NCBI GenBank assembly: GCA_051362555.1
Contig: CM120648.1
Location: 1,465,721 to 1,529,720, forward strand
Origin: Lingula anatina
Lineage: Eukaryota > Animalia > Brachiopoda
DNA: 64,000 nucleotides
Direction: 5' to 3'
Shown here: positions 34,329-46,011 of the stretch, piece by piece
How the letters are laid out: every line of letters begins with the position of its first letter
How positions within the stretch are numbered: position 1 is the stretch's first letter
The notes under the pieces: model-generated
Databases searched by the model: none
What the model was told of the DNA's origin: nothing
The model's input: only the letters and a program-made list of their open reading frames with translations
Made by a program: the position numbers and the translations under genes

Positions 34329-37300
34329 AAGAATACAATTCAAACAGATGATTCATTTCAAAAGTTATTACAAAATTTAGTGGGAAGCTCAAATGAGTCC
34401 GTTTCAATTGTAAATAATATTTGTACATATGCTTTGGTTGATTCTGGATCAATGGTTACTTGTGTAAGTGATTCTTTTATTCAGCAGCAGTTTCCTGATT
34501 TACCTAGGTATTCTGTTGATCAACTTCTTTTAGTGAAGGGACCCCAAGATGAAAACCTGCCCTACTCGTGTTATGTAGAATTGGAGATAGCTATTCCAGT
34601 GGATGGGACAGCACACGTGGTAGGTGTATTCCCTGTGCTGGTGGCCCCTGATACCGAATATAACCAACAAATTCCCATGTTGATAGGAACAAATGTTCTC
34701 GATAGGTTGTACAAACAACTGGAAAATAAATATCAGGGTAGAATACCAAATGATAAAATTTGTAAATCAGTCAGTTTAGCGTTACAAACTGTGAAATTGA
34801 GAAAAAGACATTTGGAAAAATCCCAAGGGGTGTATGGATTATTGAGAAATAAAGAGAAAATCGAAGTTGGTCCAAACCAATCAAAATTTGTTTGTTGTGT
34901 GTCACAGATAGTTATCCCAATTCCACGAACAATTGCAATGGTTCAAGATTGTGGAGTGGCAGAGTGTGGTGTGCATCACGAAGACGGGTTGCGCGTGACT
35001 CCAGGGGTGATTGATTTAAGTAATGGGAATTTTGAAATTGAGATTACTAACCATCAGTCAAAATCGGTGGTATTGCAGCCTGGGACCACAGTAGCCCGGA
35101 TTTCTCAGGTTACCATGATGAATCCGTCAAGTGAACTCGATGATGAAAGTTTTATAAACCAGTTTAATTTACCGGCATCCGGGGAAGGAATTTCCCTGAT
35201 CAAAGATTTGCTTTTGGAGCAGAAATCGGTGTTTGCTCAACACAAGTTGGATATTGGGAAAACGTCGGTTGTTAAACATGGAATTGAATTAACAGATAGC
35301 GTTCCGTTTAAAGACCGGTCGAGACGTATTCCTCCTGCACTGTATGAAGAAGTGAGAGAGTACTTGGATGAGATGAAGACTGCTGGTGTGATACGAGAAT
35401 CTACTAGTCCATGGGCATCGAACGTAGTTCTGGTCAGGAAGAAAGACGGTTCTTTAAGGTTCTGTATCGATTATAGAAAATTAAACAACCGCACGGTACG
35501 AAACGCTCACCCATTACCGCGGATTGAAGAGACGCTAGATGCTCTAAAAGGGGCGGTTTGGTTTTCATCGTTAGATTTGTGTAGTGGCTATTGGCAAGTC
35601 GAGTTGAAAGAAGAAGACAAAGCAAAGACGGCATTCACAGTAGGACCGCTTGGATTTTATGAGTGTAACAGGATGGCGATGGGATTGACCAATAGTCCTG
35701 CAACGTTTCAGCATTTGATGGAAAGTGTGATTGGTGATTTGAATTTAAAAACCTGTATGATTTATCTTGATGATATTATCATTTTTTCAGGAGAATCCAT
35801 TAGCGAACACGTTGCTCGAGTCAGAGAAGTATTGTGTCGATTAAAAAAAGCAGGGTTGAAGCTTAAGCCTTCAAAGTGTCAATTTTTACAACAGAGAATA
35901 AAGTATTTAGGGCACGTTGTTTCAAGTGCAGGCATTGAATGTGATTCAGAAAACATAAATTGTTTGAGACACTGGAAAACTCCTACTAACATTAAAGAGA
36001 CACAAAGGTTTTTAGGTTTTGCTGGGTTTTACCGCAGATTTGTGAAAGACTTCGCGAAAATAGCAAAACCTCTCTACGAGCTGACCAAAGAAGAACAACG
36101 AAAGAAGGGAGCCGCCCATTGGGTATGGAAGGAGGAGCACCAGAAAGCATTCGAAACGCTTGTAGAAAAACTTACTAATCCTCCCATTTTATGCTATCCT
36201 GATTATACACTCCCCTTTGAATTGCACATTGATGCGAGTTCTAGTGGGTTAGGGGCAGTGTTATGTCAAAAGCAAGATGGTAACACACGTGTGGTAGCTT
36301 ACGCTAGTCGGGCATTAAATCGCAATGAGCAAAATTATTGCTCAAACAAATTGGAATTTCTTGCGCTGAAGTGGGCGGTAACTCAAAAATTTCACGATTA
36401 TTTGTATGGGCACAAATTTGTGGTTATTACAGACAATAATCCACTAACATACATTCTTACTACAGCTAAGTTAGACGCTGCAGGTCATCGGTGGTTGGCA
36501 AGTTTAGCCGCGTATGATTTTGAGTTAAGCTATCTGTCAGGTAAGTCCAATATTGACGCGGATGCCCTGTCACGATTACCTACTAGAAAGTGTCATTGTT
36601 CTTCACAGATTGTGAAAGACATGTGTAGTAATGATCACAGTGTAGGTTTGGATGTTGGTTATTCTGAAAATCTTCCTTTTCATCCTAAGTGTTTCCCCCA
36701 AGTAGCAGAGTGGGAAGATTTGAAAGTTGATTGGCAGGAAGAGCAAAGTCAGGATCCAGTGATTCAAAAGGTGAGAGAAGTTAAATTAAATTCAGACAAT
36801 TTCAGAAACCTACCACGAACCGACAATATGAAACCTTTTAAGAGATCATGGAAGAAGCTGAAAGTGGTGGATGGTGTATTGTATCATGTCGATCATGCGG
36901 ACAGAAAGAGGTTAGTGGTGCCTAGTGCATGGAGAGAGAAAGTTTTTACTTTAACTCATGATGAAATGGGACATCAAGGTAGGGATCGTACACTGTCAAT
37001 TGTAAAACAACGGTTCTTCTGGCCAGGAATGGATCACTTTGTTAGCGAGAAATTAAAAATGTGTAGACCATGTAAATTGGGAAAAAGTCCACACTTACCC
37101 GAGAGCGCAACAATGGGGCATTTAGTTGCATCTCAACCCATGGAAATTGTGTGTATGGATTTCCTTAGTTTGGAAGAGTCCAAAGGTAGGGTAAGTAACA
37201 TACTTGTGCTCACAGATGTTTTCACAAAATATGCATGGGCTATACCTACAAAAAATCAGTCAGCCTTAACAACTGCTAGAGTCTTATTTGACAATTTCAT

Positions 37301-38438
37301 GATTCCCTATGGATTTCCTTTAAGATTTCACAGCGATCAGGGGCGCAACTTCGAATCAAAGGTAATCAAAGAGTTGTGTAAATTACTGGGAATAGAAAAA
37401 TCCAGAACGACCCCCTATCACCCCATGGGAAACGGAGTTACGGAACGTTTTAACAGAACTTTAATAGGTATGATGCGTACACTCCATGATGACCAAAAAC
37501 TTGACTGGAAAAGGTATGTACCTTCATTAGTTCACTCTTACAACTGCACGGTGCACGAGTCCACAGGCTTTAGTCCGTTCTACTTAATGTTCGGGAGGGC
37601 CCCCCGGCTTGCAGTAGACGTAATTTTTGGTCTGTACACGAAGGATGAGCACAAGGACTATGAAAGGTATATAAGTATGTTGAAAGAGAGATTGGAAACA
37701 GCATACAGCATTGCTAATGAGAGAGCAAAAGGGAAAAGGTCTAAAAACAAGCAAAGGTATGACAATCGGTGTAGAGGGGTAGTACCCGAGGTAGGGGATC
37801 GAGTTTTGTTAAAAAATGTAGGATTAAAAGGGAAACACAAATTGGCTAACAAATGGAGAAAAGAGGTATATGTGATTGTTGGTCAGAATGACTCTAATAT
37901 ACCAGTGTATATGATCAGGCAAGAAAATGGAAAAGGGGACATAAAAAATGTTCATAGGAATTTGCTTTTACCTTTGATTTTCCCCATGGATTTGCGGGAA
38001 GAGAAGATCACTAAGGTAAGTACCTGTAGACCCAGACACGAGAATGAATTTTCAGAGATAACAGAGGACTCTGATGATTCTTCTGGGGTACATTATGTTG
38101 TACGATATGGGTCTGAACAAATGATCCCTGATGAAGACGGTAGTAATGAAAGGGTTAGCGTAGAGGAGGAGGATCGAGAGGACGACAGTGAGCAAGAATC
38201 GCAAGTGGAAAGCGAAGGTGAAGATGTGCAGGAAAATGATACACCAGTCCAGCCTAGGCGGTCCACACGCACTAGACGACGTCCGCAGTGGATGGAAGAG
38301 GGGAATTATGTGTTTTCACAGATTGTACCAGAAAGACGGTCCACATCTGCGTCTAGGTTACTTGACATTTACCGTACATTCATTCAATCTAGTGAAAATA
38401 TGTTTAAACAGATGGTGGAATTATTGAAGGAAAGTTGA
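34269..38438 (+). CDS. pol: Pol polyprotein (protease, dUTPase-like segment, RT, RNase H, integrase), expected as a Gag-Pol fusion
   Basis: Uninterrupted ORF: ALVDSGS protease, LRFCIDYRKLN and YLDDII RT, LHIDAS..NKLEFLAL..TDNNPL RNase H, HDEMGH..CRPC zinc finger, MDF/SDQG/ERFN DDE core, acidic tail with RRSTRTRRRPQW. The ORF-track GTG start at 34284 is probably not the real start. Confidence 0.97.
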   Translation, partial: FKQVKVSREGSLETSKKEDPKNTIQTDDSFQKLLQNLVGSSNESVSIVNNICTYALVDSGSMVTCVSDSFIQQQFPDLPRYSVDQLLLVKGPQDENLPYSCYVELEIAIPVDGTAHVVGVFPVLVAPDTEYNQQIPMLIGTNVLDRLYKQLENKYQGRIPNDKICKSVSLALQTVKLRKRHLEKSQGVYGLLRNKEKIEVGPNQSKFVCCVSQIVIPIPRTIAMVQDCGVAECGVHHEDGLRVTPGVIDLSNGNFEIEITNHQSKSVVLQPGTTVARISQVTMMNPSSELDDESFINQFNLPASGEGISLIKDLLLEQKSVFAQHKLDIGKTSVVKHGIELTDSVPFKDRSRRIPPALYEEVREYLDEMKTAGVIRESTSPWASNVVLVRKKDGSLRFCIDYRKLNNRTVRNAHPLPRIEETLDALKGAVWFSSLDLCSGYWQVELKEEDKAKTAFTVGPLGFYECNRMAMGLTNSPATFQHLMESVIGDLNLKTCMIYLDDIIIFSGESISEHVARVREVLCRLKKAGLKLKPSKCQFLQQRIKYLGHVVSSAGIECDSENINCLRHWKTPTNIKETQRFLGFAGFYRRFVKDFAKIAKPLYELTKEEQRKKGAAHWVWKEEHQKAFETLVEKLTNPPILCYPDYTLPFELHIDASSSGLGAVLCQKQDGNTRVVAYASRALNRNEQNYCSNKLEFLALKWAVTQKFHDYLYGHKFVVITDNNPLTYILTTAKLDAAGHRWLASLAAYDFELSYLSGKSNIDADALSRLPTRKCHCSSQIVKDMCSNDHSVGLDVGYSENLPFHPKCFPQVAEWEDLKVDWQEEQSQDPVIQKVREVKLNSDNFRNLPRTDNMKPFKRSWKKLKVVDGVLYHVDHADRKRLVVPSAWREKVFTLTHDEMGHQGRDRTLSIVKQRFFWPGMDHFVSEKLKMCRPCKLGKSPHLPESATMGHLVASQPMEIVCMDFLSLEESKGRVSNILVLTDVFTKYAWAIPTKNQSALTTARVLFDNFMIPYGFPLRFHSDQGRNFESKVIKELCKLLGIEKSRTTPYHPMGNGVTERFNRTLIGMMRTLHDDQKLDWKRYVPSLVHSYNCTVHESTGFSPFYLMFGRAPRLAVDVIFGLYTKDEHKDYERYISMLKERLETAYSIANERAKGKRSKNKQRYDNRCRGVVPEVGDRVLLKNVGLKGKHKLANKWRKEVYVIVGQNDSNIPVYMIRQENGKGDIKNVHRNLLLPLIFPMDLREEKITKVSTCRPRHENEFSEITEDSDDSSGVHYVVRYGSEQMIPDEDGSNERVSVEEEDREDDSEQESQVESEGEDVQENDTPVQPRRSTRTRRRPQWMEEGNYVFSQIVPERRSTSASRLLDIYRTFIQSSENMFKQMVELLKES

Positions 38439-38520
38439 AATTTAAATTATAACTTGTATTTTATGATTTATGTTAATTGATGATAATAAAAATGCTACAG
38501 CAATTGCACTGTTTTTAATT

Positions 38521-38753
38521 ATTTTTCTCCCTAAACCCAAGTAATATTACTGCTTTTCCTTGTGAGAAAGGTTGCGTTTACTTGTGTGTTTGTACTGTGT
38601 GAACTCGGCGTACTCACATAAGATGGGAGTAATTTTAATCATTTTCCTCCATAAACCCAAGTAATAGTATTGCGTTTCCTTGTGAGAAAGGTTGCGTTTG
38701 CTTGTGTGTTTGTACTGTGTGAACTTGGAGTGCTCACATACGATGGGGGTAAT
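38521..38753 (+). repeat. 120-bp direct repeat (2 copies) in the retrotransposon 3' UTR
   Basis: 38521-38640 and 38641-38753 align without gaps, about 85-90% identical by eye. Confidence 0.93.
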
Positions 38754-38828
38754 GTGTTTTAATTTACTATAATTGTAATATTATTTTTTTTGTAATTTTC
38801 TCATCCACAGTTATTTTACAGTATAATC

Positions 38829-38863
38829 AATGGCGGGACGCCATTTAATTTTTGGGGGGCACA
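38829..38863 (+). promoter_or_regulatory. Polypurine tract with upstream hairpin
   Basis: AATGGCG-GGA-CGCCATT hairpin, a T-run, then GGGGGGCACA abutting the 3' LTR. Confidence 0.65.
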
Positions 38864-39165
38864 TGTAATAGGGTACATGTATTTCATGTATTCCCAGGTA
38901 TAAATATATATATATGTAATAGTATATTGTAGCGTACATTGATATAAGTGCCTTATTATAAATAGCTCTTGTATATAAATATGTGATATGAATATGAATA
39001 CTGGTGTTAGCGCCCTTTTTATGTCACGTGGGTCATGTGACCCTGGACTATAAAAGCGGTTGGCGCGTAATTCAAAGTGAGATACACCAGTGATCGGCTG
39101 TGTAGATAGTACGAATAAAGATTTTTCTAAAAGGACAATACATTTTTTGTCGTGCCTCGGTTACA
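38864..39165 (+). repeat. 3' LTR
   Basis: Identical by eye to 30612-30913; followed by TSD CTTG. Confidence 0.97.
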
Positions 39166-39478
39166 CTTGGAATCACGGACACAAAACGCAACAAATGTCC
39201 GAGTTGGAGTCAAATTCATCACTTAACTGGCCTCCGGTAAAGATTTGCCCCTTAACATGTATGAGTAAAACATCGCAAGGGCAGTTAAGTGTTTGAGCCA
39301 ATCAGAGGCTGTGGTTTAAGCCCTATACAGGGACAATACACGTCGCCGGGCTATACGTGAAAATTATTCGTACACTTTCTCTTTTGCGGCTCGACGATAC
39401 ACTCATAATATTTCACGTGCAGCTTAGCGACTTGTATTGTATCTATCACATAGAGTGAAATAACGAAGCGCAGAAAAA

Positions 39479-41977
39479 ATGCAGATGTCGACCAACATGA
39501 GGCTATTTTTGCTCTTTTCTACCTTGGCTGTAGTGAGTTTTCCGCTTATAGTTTTCCACCGTTCAAAGTCGACAATCAGGTATGTTTGAGTAGAAATTAG
39601 TCGCAGCACTTGATTTTTAAAACTCGTTTTAAAAAACGGAGATATATTAGAACAGCCGAAAAAGATGTTGGCTTACATGAGGATGTTTCCAATGTTGCCT
39701 TTACTTTTGGTCACATGTTCCATGGGTAATTTAACATAAGAACGTTCTTCTTGGCTGTGACCGGCAGTAGGCGATTGATTGCAATTCCCACAGGATGAGG
39801 AGGCCTTTTGACTGAGGGGCAACAGCCACATTACACACCGGTAGGATGCTGTTTAATATAGGATGAAAATTTATTGTCATATTTATACAAAGTTTGAAGT
39901 GAAAATCTTTGTGACCTGTCGACAAAATGACCAATTTGTTATGAGTCAGATTAAAAGATGCATTATAAGTTTAGGTACGCCGATTAAAAATCGTATTGCT
40001 GTTGGATAGTATCTGGCTTCGGTACATTTAGAGGTTGCTTTAGAAATTGAGGGACCATTGCTATGGCATTGTTGACATTGGCTTGAACAAACTATAACCT
40101 GGATGGCCAAAGTCTTTCATAAAGGACTTCATATGTTTATAATTTAAAGTATATAATTTTCCTTCATTTTTTTTAAAATTATTTGTTAATATACTATTTT
40201 TGTTTTGTTAAAAACGTGTCACAAGTTTTTGATCTTATTTTTTTTTTCTTAAAACTGACACTCTCGACTATTTAAACGATGCACTTATCAATTACAGAGA
40301 GGCGGAGATAGTTTTTGTAAAAAGAATAGAAGAAATACCCCCCCAACCTTTGAGTGTTTGCCAAGTGAACCAAGAGCTTTTGGGTAAGCCGAATCACTAA
40401 AACATTGAAAGAGTAAGGTCGTTTTAAAAAATTTGTGCTTGTACAATATGTCTACATGAATGTGAAAATAGCGTGAAACTGGAAATATGCCTATATGAAG
40501 AGTCGTAAAAATGTTTCATGTAGAATAAACCGCGTATTTGTCCACACAGTAGCATATAGATGATGCTTCAAGCAACTTAAAGGTGAGTTTATGTCCAGCC
40601 GAAATACGGTACGAATGAATTTTATGAATCATTTATGAATTAATAGCTCTTATGGCCTAGTATACTGTGTCTGCCCCATCTAAAATCGCCATTCATACTG
40701 AAGCCAGCGTCTATAATATTGATACAGAAATATATGGACATTCCGTCACTCAGTCCCGTATTCAGAAAAAACTTGAATCTCGAAAAGATTTTCAGAATTT
40801 ATTTTGACATAAAAATTGTCTTTATTATCTAAATATTTTCATTTTCATCAGTAGAAGCGCTTTGCTTTGGAACTGGATTCCATTGAGGTGTACTCACAAC
40901 TGCCCTTTGTAATGTCAAATGGTCATTGAATTTTTGTGGAAAAAATAAGCCAAAATTCCAACATAATGATAGCTTTGAAAACCTAAACCATTATTTCAAA
41001 AAAAAATCTCAAGAGTGTGACAACCATTTTGAGCAAAAATGTATAATCCAACGTGCTTCGGCCAGTATCTGTTGGAAAGTTTTTACCTGCTACTTTACTA
41101 ACACTAAGGGCATTATCTTCTGGCTTGCTTAGTGGACCTTTTCCCAGCAAAAGGGGTGGTTCTTTCAAACCCTCTGGCTACGGGCCTGTCTATTCATGAC
41201 TTTTTTTACCTTTCTACGAAGTATTCACAATGCTTTAATATTTTGAGAGCATGGATAAAGACATTGTCAGTTTGATACGTGTTTCTGTGGTAAATTTGCG
41301 TTTCCAACTGTGTACTGACAGCATTCCTTTACTTAAGCAGCTTTTTTTTTTTTTTTTTGGACTGTTTTTTTTTTTTTTTTTTTTTTCGCCCTCTCGCACC
41401 GATTTCGGGGTCCCCAGAGGATGTCATCCATAAAAATAAAAAAGTGTGGCCTAAGCACAATATGGTAGATTCAGTAGTAGCCTAGACAGCGAACAATGGA
41501 AAATTTTAACATTGCAAAGCTGAATAAATTATTAATAAATCAAGCCGCGCAACAGCATAAAATTAAACCAGCTGATACATATTTACAAAAATTAATATAA
41601 TACACACCTGATGTATTCATCCCCATGATTTTTGTTTCTTTTCCATTTATTTCACTCCAGACTTCGGAAATTAAGTGTGTTCTTTGTTTCTTTTTAGAAA
41701 AAACATATAAAGTCAATCTGAAGCAGTTGCCAACGCCAAATAGAACAAAACTATTTAAAGAGGTCGCCACTGGAGGCAGATGGGCACCTACGTCATGCAA
41801 GCCTAGGGACCACGTGGCCATCATCATTCCTTACCGTGACAGACAAGAACACCTGGATATTCTACTCCAAAATCTACACCCTTTTCTACAAAGCCAGAAG
41901 TGTCACTACCAGATATTCGTCATTGAACAGGTAGATTGCTACACGCTTGCATCTCAGAAACATTCATAACTCTCCTG

Positions 41978-42016
<39 letters not shown>

Positions 42017-44905
42017 GATTTCTGTCTGGGTTGCCTAAAAGGCGTTTGAAAACACTAATATGTGTCCCTGGAATATGAAATTTTATATCGCTTCATACTG
42101 CTTTATTTTTGTACATAATTTAAATTTTTATTCGGTGCATTTATTTACTACAGGCGCTTCCAGAGCCTTTTAACACAGGCTATGCCAAAAATGTTGGCTT
42201 CGTCGAGGCTAGTGCCGTGTTTAATTTTACCTGCTACATATTTCACGACGTGGATAAAATCCCTGTGAACAATTCACTTCTCTATAGATGTCCGCCTGAC
42301 AAGGTTTTTCACTTTGCCGCCGCTGAGGATAGATTTCCGAACGGGTATGTATCAGGATAATTTACTTCCGCAAAGAATCCCGCCTCTCTCCCCAGAGCTG
42401 TAGGGCGAGAAAATGTTTGCGGTAGCTGTTTGAAGGGTTAAAATACAAATAAAAAGACCTTTTGTTCACCCACCGACCATGACACTCACTTAGACACTGA
42501 TCGAAGGAAAAAGAAAGATATTTCTGGCGGACTGTGAGAAAAAGGGACGATTTATAAATAACCCCCGAATCACTAAAAAGTATTCTCTAATGAATCCTAT
42601 TGAATTCACTGAAAATAATGTGTGAAATTATGTGAAAAACTGAAAATAAAGCCTCGCTGAAAATAATTAATGTATAAAAATAATAATTGTGATGATTATG
42701 TGTCGGCCACAACTTTGCAAATAGCGAAAATCAAAGCCAAAAATACTTTTGTCTTTTTATCTGTTTACCGCTATTATTTATCATGCTCTAAATCTTAGAT
42801 GGCTGAGTATCATATTATCCAAAAACCTTGTGAACTTTCGATTATGTGTCGGCCACTACTTTGCAAATAGTGAAAATCAAAGCGAAAAAATAGCCTACCT
42901 TTCTCTTTTTATCTGTTTACCGCTATTATTTATCATGCTCTATATCTTAGATGGCTTAATTAGTAAGGATTGGTACTAGCTCTCATTTTACCCCAAAATC
43001 TTGTGAACTTTTCCAAGGCCATAAACTCAATTTTGATATGCACATAGAAATCATGATTCGATTTCAGGCAGCTGCCCTATTTTTACTACCTCGGAGGAGT
43101 GATTGGATTCCCACCTAACACATTCAAGAAAACAAACGGGTTTTCTAATAATATGATAAGATGGGGTGGTGATGACGACGATCTTTTTCTCAGGTAACGA
43201 GAAGAAAATTTTAAAGTAAATGAACTTTTTCAGCTCTTTAAGATTAATCTAGTGCCTAGTTTTAGACCTAAGAAGTCCATATTTCCACTGTTATTAAATA
43301 TTGGCTACACTAATTTATTTCGAGATGGTGGTCATTAATATTCTACTGTAGGTAGACTGGATTTGGTTTGTGGTTAAGCCTCTATGGCACAATGTTTATA
43401 TTAAAGTTAGAACACATTCAATTTGAAAGCAATCCATTCCAAGATTTTGAACGCATTCTAAGTGCATGAATTGCTTCATGTTGAATGTTCGACGTGAAGA
43501 GGCCTAACAAAGTATATCAATTTTAAAAAGGGCTATTTTTTTATAGAATTTCCTCCCAGAAGATACCCATCGAGCATGCCAACAGCCGTTCAGGCGTGTA
43601 CACGGTTTTAAACCATACGCGGTTGCCTGGATCCGTGAACAGTGAGAGGTAAGCTATAGCATTACTTGTAAAGGGAGGCGGAGATAGAGGTGGAGGTTTA
43701 AACTTTATTGCTTTGTATTTCTTAAATGAAGCATAGCCTTATTTTCATATCAGCTTACCTGAACCTATGTCCAGAACTTTCACCTTTTATAATTTATAAA
43801 AATATAATTTGGAACAATTCATAGGTACCCCATGCTCTATTTTGCAACAAAGCTGTATAAGCACTACGGACCGTGGGATAACGGAGTGAATACATTAAAC
43901 TACACCCGACTAGCTGTAGAATATCGACCATCATACACGTGGATCAAATTTAATGTTGACCAGAACAGCATGATGAAGGTACGTGATAACAGACCGCCCA
44001 ATAAACACAGGACGTATTATCATGTATAACGTTACCATAACGTTACTGTGACGTTACAGCAGCGTTACCAAAACGGTTTTGGGTCATATAAACGTTACAA
44101 TAACGTTACAATAACGATCTGTGTTTGTCGGGCGTATCAAAAAAAAATTGTACACGTCAGAAAAGAATCCTTATACAGTAATAATGAAATCATGATTTAT
44201 GTTATTCCTCTAAGTTGCCCGATTTCAAATATACTATTTAATATATTTTAGTCGTCGTTACGCTATGAACATTAAGTTCAGCATATCTCATGTCCTGCAT
44301 ACACTGTCTTCTTATACTTTGCTTCTGTCAAAAAAATTCGCGGCCAAGTGACACTGTGTGAGATTTAATTTTGATAAACGCCATTACATACGCATTCATA
44401 TAATGCATCGTGCACATTTTCAGACCGTATGGAGAGGCATCCTGGATGCCAAGTATGACAAGAAGACCAATACTACATATTGGACAATTAACTACAAGAG
44501 GGCTTTCCAAATGTTTCCTAAGTAAGTGAACGTTATATATATAGCCAAAGCCTCATATGTCGTTGATCTTAGAGAGCATTCCTAGAGACTGTCGTACCAA
44601 TTTTGGATCGAACTATCTCCAAGGGGCTTTTGGCTTAATTGCATTTAACTTGGGCGGGTAATTAACTATCGTTTAGCAGCTTTAGTGGGCGCCCCTGACG
44701 TCTAAGCCGCTTGAGCTGGAAGCAACATAGCGAGGGACCCCGTGGAGATGGACCGATCCTGTTAGATCGATCTAGGGATGGGAACCCAGTATAAGGATTT
44801 CTAAATTATGAACATAAAGAATTAACTTGTTTCATTGCGACTATGTACATATATTTTTACAGAACTAAACAAGTTGCCAAGCGGAAAGCACCGAAGAAAA
44901 GATAG
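39479..44905 (+). CDS. GT7-family beta-1,4-galactosyltransferase/GalNAc-transferase-like protein, copy 1 (9 exons, 377 aa)
   Basis: Exons 39479-39579, 40298-40383, 41698-41930, 42154-42344, 43068-43193, 43547-43648, 43825-43978, 44424-44521, 44863-44905 (1134 nt, open). Type II N-terminal TM; VAIIIPYRDRQEHL, FVIEQ, NVGF, FHDVD, LPY..YLGGV, NGFSN..WGGDDDD, NGVNTLNY. Confidence 0.9.
44572..44789. mobile_element. Harbinger-like MITE in the last intron of GT7 copy 1
   Basis: Homologous to 29143-29397; absent from the paralogous intron of copy 2 (about 54800-54825). Confidence 0.65.
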
Positions 44906-45630
44906 AAGAAAGAAGAAAAGTTTTAACTCATTTATCTCTTATCTAACTGCGAAGTAAATAAAAACGACAGGCGATCTTATAAAATGTGTAATATACTATT
45001 GTAAGAAAATCCTTGACCCAGAGTTAGATGAAGACGTACACTTTTGCTCAACATTGCGTAATTGTGCTTTAAAAACCTATAACTTCGAGATCCAAATTCT
45101 CGGGGCACGATAAACATTTTGAGCAACAATGTGGGAATTTTGTATGAAAAAATGTCTGGAAGGGGGGAGTGCATTCATATCTGAACTTCCCCCTACACTG
45201 CCTGTTGTCTATTAACAAATGACGATATCCATTTCCACGGTTTTACTTGAACATTCAGGCCCGTAGCCAGCAATTTCAAGGGGGGTCTTTTTCCGAAAAA
45301 AAAGTGGACATTTTTACCGTGAGACCTACAAGTGCTGTATGTTTATGTTTTCATAAAAGACAAATAAAAACAAGCCTTGGCAGATTTTAAATGATGTTTA
45401 GTATATGGAAAAGATGTTAAAATTACAACCCTTGACGAAAAGGGGGTGACCCATAAAAAGGGATATATATATTTAAAATCAGGAAAACAATTCTTTCTCT
45501 AATAAAACAACATTTACACATTACCAAAATTTGTCATAAAATGTTGCCATTAGCAGTGTCATTTCCTTCAATTTGAATGTACACGTTAATGACACAGAGC
45601 ATCACATAACAGCGCCCATTATAAAAAAAA

Positions 45631-45917
45631 ACCGACCAACCGCCTTGTGGTTAGAGTGTCCGCCTCCAGAGCGGGAGGACGTGGGTTCAAAACCCGTCCG
45701 GGGACATACCAGTCCTTTATAAACGGTACCTGCTGTCTCCCCGCTTGGCACTCAGCACTAAGGGGTTTGAAGCAGGGGCCTGGTCAGGCAGTGCAGAAAT
45801 GTTATATTAGCTCTGAGCGCCTAATATGGCAGCCGAGCTGTATCCGCCCCAGGGTCTACAGAGTGCACCAGTGCAAAAATGACAAGGCTTCCTTGACTTG
45901 AATATTCATTTCATTTA
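45631..45917 (+). mobile_element. tRNA-derived SINE (central domain resembles MetaSINE-type)
   Basis: tRNA-like head (TGTGGTTAGAGTGTCCGCC, B-box GGTTCAAAACC), central GGTACCTGCTGTCTCCCCGCTTGGCACTCAGCACTAAGGG, CATTT-type tail. Confidence 0.7.
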
Positions 45918-45976
45918 AATAAATAAATTACATTATTGTTTAACTTCAACCTTCGAGTTGCGATTTTCCAATAAAG

Positions 45977-46011
<35 letters not shown>

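Larger units (their letters stand above)
30612..39165 (+). mobile_element. Full-length Ty3/Gypsy LTR retrotransposon (8554 bp)
   Basis: 302-bp LTRs TGTAA...TTACA at 30612-30913 and 38864-39165, identical by eye; 4-bp TSD CTTG (30608-30611, 39166-39169); PBS, PPT, intact gag and pol in PR-RT-RH-IN order. Confidence 0.98.

Noticed and set aside
38439-38863. env gene, chromodomain or hammerhead ribozyme in the element's 3' region
   Set aside because: No ORF, no chromodomain signature at the integrase end, and no CUGAnGA/GAAA hammerhead core seen.
45640-45710. tRNA gene
   Set aside because: A/B-box-like motifs but no complete cloverleaf or T-run terminator; continues into a SINE body and tail.
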